45,252 nucleotides of DNA from an uncultured Prolixibacteraceae bacterium (lineage in GTDB: Bacteria; Bacteroidota; Bacteroidia; Bacteroidales; Prolixibacteraceae), in contig CAYGIQ010000002.1 in NCBI GenBank assembly GCA_964349885.1, positions 1-45,252 on the forward strand. The letters are read 5' to 3'. Positions 38,997-45,252 of the stretch are shown here, one piece after another; within the stretch, counting starts at the first letter, position 1, and each line of letters starts with the position of its first letter. The position numbers and the translations under genes are program-made. The notes under the pieces were generated by a model. It was given only the letters and a program-made list of their open reading frames with translations. It was not told the origin of the DNA and did not search any database.

Positions 38997-41239
38997 TATG
39001 GTTGTTCTTTTACGGGTTCACCAATAACACCTAGGTATCGACCCATCCAATAGGGAAGCAGCCAGATATCGCCGGCACTGAACTCCTGACGGCCTGCTCC
39101 TCTCGCATCAAGGTCGAAACGATTGGAGTTGTGCCGTCTGATGGCCAGTTCATCCGGCGGAAGTACCTCCGTAATGGTTTGATTTCTGAAATTAGGGGTT
39201 ATGAACTCAATATCTTTCCGATGGCTGTTTTCGATGGTCCAGTCAATCAAATCGAGCGGATACTCCTGCATATACCAGATAGCCTCGTCTAAGTCAAACT
39301 CCTTCACCCCTACCATGGCGGTCATTATGTTCCACAAACCCTCCTTCTCAGGTCGCTCTGCTTCAAAATGATCAAGAATGGATTCTCTGTAAAGTGCCTT
39401 CAGACTATCGGTAAAGGCATAACGGTATAAACCCCAGTAGCCAACATAGTACATCTCGTCGTCCGAATGGTTCCATCCCGATGAAAGCATCTTTGCCCAA
39501 TCGTCTGCATCTTCGGGCGCCATACCAATTTCAGACATGGGCCGCATCATGTTCTCTAAATAGCCATGTTCTTCCATGAGGTAATAGGCAGCTTGCTTGA
39601 ACTTCTCCTTGCCGGTAAAATGGTAGGCAGTCTGCAACATTCCAACAATGTTGGAAGAGTTGAGCTTACGGTCGCCTATGTTCGTGGGAAATCCATTCAC
39701 ATAATCGGGATGCCATCTTCCCCAAAGCGTAGGCTCTCCATTCCAGTCGACCAGGTAATAGTCGTTGTTGAGCACATGCGACATCAGGGTATCGATCAGC
39801 ATTATCGCCTGCGCCTTCAGTTCAGGAACATCCACCAATTCAGCAATCACCCCAAAGGCAAAAATATGTCCAATCGCTTCATCGCTGCTGGTGGTAGACT
39901 TCCAGTCCCACTCCGGATCGTCGGTTGGCCTCCAGGGTTTATCGCCAACATTGTACCCGGCCCTTTGGAAAGAGCGTGAAGGAAATCCCGATTCCATAGG
40001 GTTAATGGTGTAGAGCCGTTCCATAGCATCGAGCGACTCCCGTACATTTTGCAGGGCATCGGCCGATTGAGTAACAGCATAGCGGAGTGCCTCACCGGCA
40101 AGGTACATAGAGGTCCAAAGGCCATCGTTGTCGCTGTTTTCGAGGGTGCCTGTGGTCACATCTCCATTCTTCATCCAAGAAACTGTTGCATTGAAGCCGG
40201 TTCTGATATGGCGTTCACGAACTTGTTGGTCGTAAAACATGGCCTTGTCGTGAAGTGTCATCGCTTTAAAGTAGATTTGACTTACACCTGCAGTGGTCAG
40301 CACCAAAACCGACTGGTCGGGACCTTTCGCAAAAGCCAAAACTTGATCGGATGGTAACCAGCGTAAGCTGGAGTAGTAATCTGCTCTGTCTCCATCTTTC
40401 AGCTTAAATGCGCCTCTGGTGGTTCCCATCCAGATTTCTTCATCAATAATTTCGATGGTGGTAATTTCAGTCCAGGGTAGCTGCCGCTCAATATTTCCTG
40501 TTTTTTGACGGGTGGCGGTATCGAAACGAAAATAGCCATCGTTGGTGCCCATCAAAAGATGCTGCCCACTCAAGGCCATGCAAGTAACAGGTGTTGTTTC
40601 CATTACCCGGTCCAGACGATTGTTCGCAGAGGAAAAGCTGTACAATGAATGGTCGCCCCGAATCCAAAACAACTTGCTGTTTTCATCGAAAACAATCTGT
40701 CGGACCGCATCATCCTCAAGGGTACCCTCCCACAAGTATTCAGAATCTTTCAGCAATGCCAATTGAAGTCCATCCGATATAAGGAAAGCAAATGCATCGC
40801 CACCGGCAAAAATCCGAGCATTGGGCATAGAATGCCTCGAATAGAGGTTTCCGGCCCAAGCATTGCTGAAAACCGCCTTGTCGTATAGGTACACAAACTG
40901 ATCCTGATAGAGCCCAATGGCCGAGATTTTTTTATCGGAGGTAGGTTTATCCTGAAAGTCAGGTACGACTGTACCCGGAAACAGGTGTTTTCCAGCACGC
41001 AATCGCATCAATCCTTTGCTTCCCAGAAGCTGGATATAGCCATTCCGGTCGGAGGCCACCTGCATAAGTTGAATGGATAGATCCTCCAAATCATACTTAA
41101 CTGCATAGTCCTGCATGAAAGGAACATCTGCGTGAAACTGCCCTTTAGGCTGGTCGTTCTGTCCTGTTGGTGCACAGGCAGCAAATAGTACTACCGATAC
41201 TAAAATGACGAATAATGAATGAATTGATCGATTTTTCAT
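38996..41239 (-). CDS. Uncharacterised lipoprotein (propeller plus helical-barrel), paralog 2 of 4
   Basis: 747 aa; lipobox LFAA-C; SDNDGLWTSMYLA, GFPSRS, WKSTTSSDE, WNHSDDEMY, WLLPYWMGRYLG. Confidence 0.75.
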   Translation of the reverse strand: MKNRSIHSLFVILVSVVLFAACAPTGQNDQPKGQFHADVPFMQDYAVKYDLEDLSIQLMQVASDRNGYIQLLGSKGLMRLRAGKHLFPGTVVPDFQDKPTSDKKISAIGLYQDQFVYLYDKAVFSNAWAGNLYSRHSMPNARIFAGGDAFAFLISDGLQLALLKDSEYLWEGTLEDDAVRQIVFDENSKLFWIRGDHSLYSFSSANNRLDRVMETTPVTCMALSGQHLLMGTNDGYFRFDTATRQKTGNIERQLPWTEITTIEIIDEEIWMGTTRGAFKLKDGDRADYYSSLRWLPSDQVLAFAKGPDQSVLVLTTAGVSQIYFKAMTLHDKAMFYDQQVRERHIRTGFNATVSWMKNGDVTTGTLENSDNDGLWTSMYLAGEALRYAVTQSADALQNVRESLDAMERLYTINPMESGFPSRSFQRAGYNVGDKPWRPTDDPEWDWKSTTSSDEAIGHIFAFGVIAELVDVPELKAQAIMLIDTLMSHVLNNDYYLVDWNGEPTLWGRWHPDYVNGFPTNIGDRKLNSSNIVGMLQTAYHFTGKEKFKQAAYYLMEEHGYLENMMRPMSEIGMAPEDADDWAKMLSSGWNHSDDEMYYVGYWGLYRYAFTDSLKALYRESILDHFEAERPEKEGLWNIMTAMVGVKEFDLDEAIWYMQEYPLDLIDWTIENSHRKDIEFITPNFRNQTITEVLPPDELAIRRHNSNRFDLDARGAGRQEFSAGDIWLLPYWMGRYLGVIGEPVKEQP

Positions 41240-41278
41240 ATAATCCTTTGGATTTAATTTTACAAATTACCAGCGTTA

Positions 41279-43519
41279 TTATGGCTTCTCGGGTGCGCCA
41301 ATTACACCCAAATAGCGACCCATCCAGTATGGAAGCAGCCAAATATCGCCTGCACTATATTCACTTGTCCCGTTGCTTCCAATCCGATCGAGCCTAAACA
41401 TATTGGCGTTGTGTCGCTGAATGGGACGTTCATCGGGAGGCAAAACTTCAGTTAGGGTTTGTCGGCGGAAATTATCAGGAATAAACTCCACATCCTTGCG
41501 GTGGCTATTCTGGATACTCCAGGTAATCAGGTCGAGTGGATGTTCCTGAAGGTACCAAATGGCCTCGTCAAGATCGAATTCCTGAACCTCCACTAAGGCG
41601 GTCATAATGTTCCACAAACCCTCCTTTTCGGGCCGCTCGGCCTCCCAGTGATCGACGATTGCCTCACGGAACTGAGCTTTCAGTTCATCGGTAAAAGCAT
41701 ATCGGTAAAGACCCCAATAACCCAAAAAATACATTTCGTCGTCGGAGTGGTTCCAGCTTTCAGAAAGCATGGCCGCCCAATCGCCGGCATCATCGGCAAT
41801 TCCAATTTTTGCCATTGGCCGCATCAGGTTTTCAAGGTAGCCATGTTCCTCCATCAAATAATAGGCAGCATCTTTGAATTTTTCCTTTCCAGTGAAATGG
41901 TAAGCAGTTTGCAACATCGCCACAATATTAGATGAGTTGAGTTTTCTGTCACCAACCGAAGTGGGAAATCCATTCACATAATCGGGATGCCATTTGCCCC
42001 ACAAGGTTGGCTTGCCATCAAAGTCAATAAGGTAGAAGTCGTTGTCGACCACATGATCCATAAGCTTATCCAGCAGGTGAATTGCTTTTTTACGTACCGG
42101 TTCAACATCCACCAGTTCGGCTATTGCACCCAGCACAAAAACATGTCCAATGGCTTCGTCACTGCTGGTGGTGGATTTCCAGTCCCACTCGGGGTCGCTT
42201 GCATGCTGCCAGCGATGGGGGTCAGACAGAACCTGGATATAGCCGCTGCGCTCATACGAACGAGAAGGAAAGCCATACACCGGATTGATGGTGTAGAGTC
42301 GTTCCATGGCATCGAGCGATTCGATGGTATTTTGGAGTGCATCTGCTGCACCGGTTAATGAATACCGATAAACCTCGGCAGCGAGATACATCGAAGTCCA
42401 CAACCCATCATTGTCGGAATCCTTTAAGAATCCGGTAGACAAGTTGCCGTTAACCAATCCTTCGAGGGTAGCATTAAACCCATACCGAATATGGCGTGCC
42501 CTTACCTGTTGACCAAAATAGTCGGCCTTATCGGCAAGCGTCATCTCTTCGAAGCAGATTTGTGCCATTCCTTTGTCGGTAAGGATCAAAACTGATCCTT
42601 CAGGTCCTGCAGATATCGATTGTACACGATCGCCGGGCAGCCAGCGCTCGCCGTTGTAGTAGTTAAACTTTCCATCTTCGCGAAGCATAAATGCTCCCAA
42701 TGTCGATCCAAACCACAGCTTACCATACACCAGCTCAACGGCGGTAATCTCGGTAACTGGCAGGCGTTGTGCTGGGGCACCTACCAGCTCTCCAGTTTTC
42801 AGATCCACCGTCAGGTAGCCGTTTCCTGTGCCAACAATCGCTTGCCCGCCGTTGGGTGTAAAGTCGAATGCCGTTAGCCCTGGCTGATTGAACCTCAACT
42901 CCTCTGCGCCGCTGGTAGCGTTTATGGCCACAAGGGCATTTTCTCCCAGCAGATAAAAGCGGTTGTCGGTAGCATTGTGGCGTACAAAAACGACTTTGTC
43001 TAGAGAAGCATCCCCTTGCCATCTGATGCCGTCAGCCGCAACCAAAACCAGTTGTTTTCCATTGGCAACCAAAAAACTGAATTCATTGCCTGCAGCAAAT
43101 ATTTTGGCATCCTCCAAACCATGCATCCAATAAATACTTCCTGCCCAGGCATTGCTGAAAACAGCTTTGTTGTCGAGATATACCAGCTGCTCATCGTAGC
43201 TGAGCACATCGCGGATTTTTTTGTCGCGCATGGGTCGGTTGCGGTTGTCGGCTTCCAGGGTGCCGGGATAGAGAAATCGGCCATTGTGGGGATGGAGCAA
43301 GCCTGCATCGCTCACTAGGCTGACTAATCCGTTTCTGTCGAAAGCGACACGGGTTAAATTCACCCCTTCAGATGTTGAATAGAACTTTATACTATAGTCC
43401 TGTAGAAATGGGACGTCGGCATGGAACTGCCGATTTGAATCCATTCTGGAATCTCCCGACTGGTTGCAGCCTGCCAGAAAAGCTATCAGCAGAACCATTA
43501 AAATTTTGACTTTTTGCAT
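41279..43519 (-). CDS. Uncharacterised lipoprotein (propeller plus helical-barrel), paralog 1 of 4
   Basis: 746 aa; lipobox FLAG-C; colinear with the 747-aa neighbour along its whole length with the same motifs. Confidence 0.75.
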   Translation of the reverse strand: MQKVKILMVLLIAFLAGCNQSGDSRMDSNRQFHADVPFLQDYSIKFYSTSEGVNLTRVAFDRNGLVSLVSDAGLLHPHNGRFLYPGTLEADNRNRPMRDKKIRDVLSYDEQLVYLDNKAVFSNAWAGSIYWMHGLEDAKIFAAGNEFSFLVANGKQLVLVAADGIRWQGDASLDKVVFVRHNATDNRFYLLGENALVAINATSGAEELRFNQPGLTAFDFTPNGGQAIVGTGNGYLTVDLKTGELVGAPAQRLPVTEITAVELVYGKLWFGSTLGAFMLREDGKFNYYNGERWLPGDRVQSISAGPEGSVLILTDKGMAQICFEEMTLADKADYFGQQVRARHIRYGFNATLEGLVNGNLSTGFLKDSDNDGLWTSMYLAAEVYRYSLTGAADALQNTIESLDAMERLYTINPVYGFPSRSYERSGYIQVLSDPHRWQHASDPEWDWKSTTSSDEAIGHVFVLGAIAELVDVEPVRKKAIHLLDKLMDHVVDNDFYLIDFDGKPTLWGKWHPDYVNGFPTSVGDRKLNSSNIVAMLQTAYHFTGKEKFKDAAYYLMEEHGYLENLMRPMAKIGIADDAGDWAAMLSESWNHSDDEMYFLGYWGLYRYAFTDELKAQFREAIVDHWEAERPEKEGLWNIMTALVEVQEFDLDEAIWYLQEHPLDLITWSIQNSHRKDVEFIPDNFRRQTLTEVLPPDERPIQRHNANMFRLDRIGSNGTSEYSAGDIWLLPYWMGRYLGVIGAPEKP

Positions 43520-43572
43520 AATTAAGAGTTTATGAACTGAACAAAAGAATATTTCATTGAAAGATGGACGGT

Positions 43573-45126
43573 TTACCTGATTCGAAATACCCGGTGTGCC
43601 TCCCAGGTCTGGTTAAACATATCGGTGGTTCGCACACTGAGTGTATAGGTACCGGGCGTTAATCCCGATGGCAATTGACCTTTCCAGATGTGGGTCGAAA
43701 CCGATGGATAGTCCATCGCCCAGCCCAACTTGGTATCGAGGGTCACTCCAAGTACCTGTTCCTTCAGAAAAGGTGTCAGACTGTGCATCCATAGATTCAA
43801 GGGATCGACAACAAACTCCTGGGCGAGTGGTTGCCATAGCCCTTCCCGGCCAACACGCATCTCAACTTTGGAGCGGGCCGAACCGGCAAAAACATTCACC
43901 AATACACTGGTGGTATCGGCCGCATCGCGCAGAATATCGTCGTCGAGATGAATGTTCATCTGATAGTTTTCGGGACGTCCGGCAGGTTTGAACCGAACCG
44001 AATAGGTATTGCCGCTAAATTTTATAATAGAATAACCATTAGGAGCGCCGTCGTTCATGGTTGCATGCGGAATACCCCGCTCATCGGCAATTCCGCACCA
44101 CCAGCTGCCACTTACCGTTGCATTAACAAGATGGTGATGGGGAACCTGGCTATTCCATTCAGGTTCTTCCTCGAGAAAAAGCTGCATCTGACGGTGTACA
44201 TGGCCCGAAATGCTGAACACATGGGGATGGTGGTTGATGAGCGAATAGAGTTCAGTCTGCTTGTCGACGGCAACCACAGGAATGTGCATGGCAAGCACCA
44301 ATAGTCGATCCGCAGGTAGCTGCGAAACGTAATTTTTTACGAACGCAAGTTGGCGTTCAGTGAGATGTCCTCGGTAACGACCATCCGGATTGAAATAAAC
44401 GTTGTTAAGTACGATGAAGGAAACCTGCCCATATTCAAATGCATAGGTCGAGGGACCAAAATGCTGCCGGAAGGTATAATCGCGGTCGATGTTAACGGTA
44501 GCTGCCCGGTCATTGTCATGGTTGCCAAATACATAGTACCACGGAAAGCCGGTTTGCCCAAAGCTTTGGCCAACTTCATGAAAGAGTGCAGGATCGTCTG
44601 CAACAATATCACCCAAGACTACACCAAAAGCAGCATCGTGACCGATAATTTCTTCGACTACATCGCGACTGATAAAATTTACTTCCCTGATTCCACGAGC
44701 CTGTGGGTCGGCAAGAAACAAAGCAGAGAAATTAGACGATTCGGTTGAATCCCGGTTCAGTGCAAAGTGCAGAAATGGATGGGAGTGGTTTGGGTCTAAA
44801 TTGTTGAGGAGGTAAAAATGTTGAGGGGTGCCATTGGGGAATGTTGAAAAGGAATAACCCGGAGGTTTGATAACAAAAATTGCGGTGGCGTTGCTGGAAG
44901 GAAGCTTCCAATGGCCGTCGTTGTTGGTAACAGCCACCTCTTCACCATTCGAAACCAGAATGCCGGATAAACCTGTTTCATGGAGATCATAATGTTGATT
45001 GCCATTGGTATCGAGAAAAACAATACCCTCAATCCATTCCTGAGGAACTGAACTACTGGCAATTGAAATCTCAGGAAGGAATAAGAATCCTGAGAGCATG
45101 AATAAGAACGGTACAACTATTTTCAT
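43573..45126 (-). CDS. Exported calcineurin-like phosphoesterase with MetallophosN/MetallophosC-type flanking domains
   Basis: 517 aa; GIVFLDTNGN, VSNG, ADPQ, LGDIV, GNHD, MHIP, SGHVH, SGSWW, DGAPNGY. Confidence 0.88.
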   Translation of the reverse strand: MKIVVPFLFMLSGFLFLPEISIASSSVPQEWIEGIVFLDTNGNQHYDLHETGLSGILVSNGEEVAVTNNDGHWKLPSSNATAIFVIKPPGYSFSTFPNGTPQHFYLLNNLDPNHSHPFLHFALNRDSTESSNFSALFLADPQARGIREVNFISRDVVEEIIGHDAAFGVVLGDIVADDPALFHEVGQSFGQTGFPWYYVFGNHDNDRAATVNIDRDYTFRQHFGPSTYAFEYGQVSFIVLNNVYFNPDGRYRGHLTERQLAFVKNYVSQLPADRLLVLAMHIPVVAVDKQTELYSLINHHPHVFSISGHVHRQMQLFLEEEPEWNSQVPHHHLVNATVSGSWWCGIADERGIPHATMNDGAPNGYSIIKFSGNTYSVRFKPAGRPENYQMNIHLDDDILRDAADTTSVLVNVFAGSARSKVEMRVGREGLWQPLAQEFVVDPLNLWMHSLTPFLKEQVLGVTLDTKLGWAMDYPSVSTHIWKGQLPSGLTPGTYTLSVRTTDMFNQTWEAHRVFRIR

Positions 45127-45175
45127 AAGCGGCTTGTTTTTCGATGAAAGTTTAACCGGAAAACTGCCGGCCGGT

Positions 45176-45183
45176 CAAAAGTA
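45176..45183 (-). promoter_or_regulatory. Possible Bacteroidota -7 promoter element heading the long minus-strand block
   Basis: TACTTTTG (TAnnTTTG) about 50 nt upstream of ATG 45126; no well-spaced -33 TTTG seen. Confidence 0.35.
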
Positions 45184-45252
45184 TATCAACGCGACCCGTC
45201 TGCTCTACCCCAAGGGTAAGTTTGGAAAAATAAGCATAGAGGACAGTATTAC

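Noticed and set aside
1..45252. CRISPR arrays, tRNA/rRNA, IS elements, prophage or defence genes
   Set aside because: Intergenic gaps are all under about 180 bp with no spaced repeats, and no ORF shows transposase, integrase, nuclease or phage motifs; small structured RNAs cannot be excluded by eye.

Overview
A gene-dense 45 kb region, almost certainly from a Bacteroidota genome (lipoprotein signal peptides, TAnnTTTG-type promoter element, GH92/GH106-like/DUF1080/DUF1349 gene set). It carries about 29 CDS, nearly all linked to carbohydrate breakdown; I saw no rRNA, tRNA, CRISPR or mobile element. Layout: (1) a GH106-like lipoprotein on +; (2) a minus-strand sugar uptake/catabolism block (HpcH aldolase, ROK kinase, GmhA-like isomerase, MFS permease, an HldE-type kinase fused to a HAD phosphatase, a deoxyhypusine-synthase-like protein, AGE epimerase, Na+/sugar symporter, DUF1080), preceded by AraC, DUF1349 and a metallophosphoesterase; (3) a divergent plus-strand block (two DHDPS/NAL-family lyases, an exported amidohydrolase, a beta-helix protein, a frameshifted GH-like protein); (4) a long minus-strand block of exported enzymes (two GH92, GH31, DUF3089 hydrolase, two more metallophosphoesterases, a non-canonical FGE-fold protein, four paralogs of an uncharacterised family). 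Leading hypothesis (inference, untested): a system that dismantles a phosphorylated, heptose-containing glycoconjugate such as LPS core and feeds heptose into central metabolism by running heptose-biosynthesis-type enzymes catabolically. One clear and one possible single-base homopolymer frameshift are visible. All family calls come from motif recognition by eye, not database searches.
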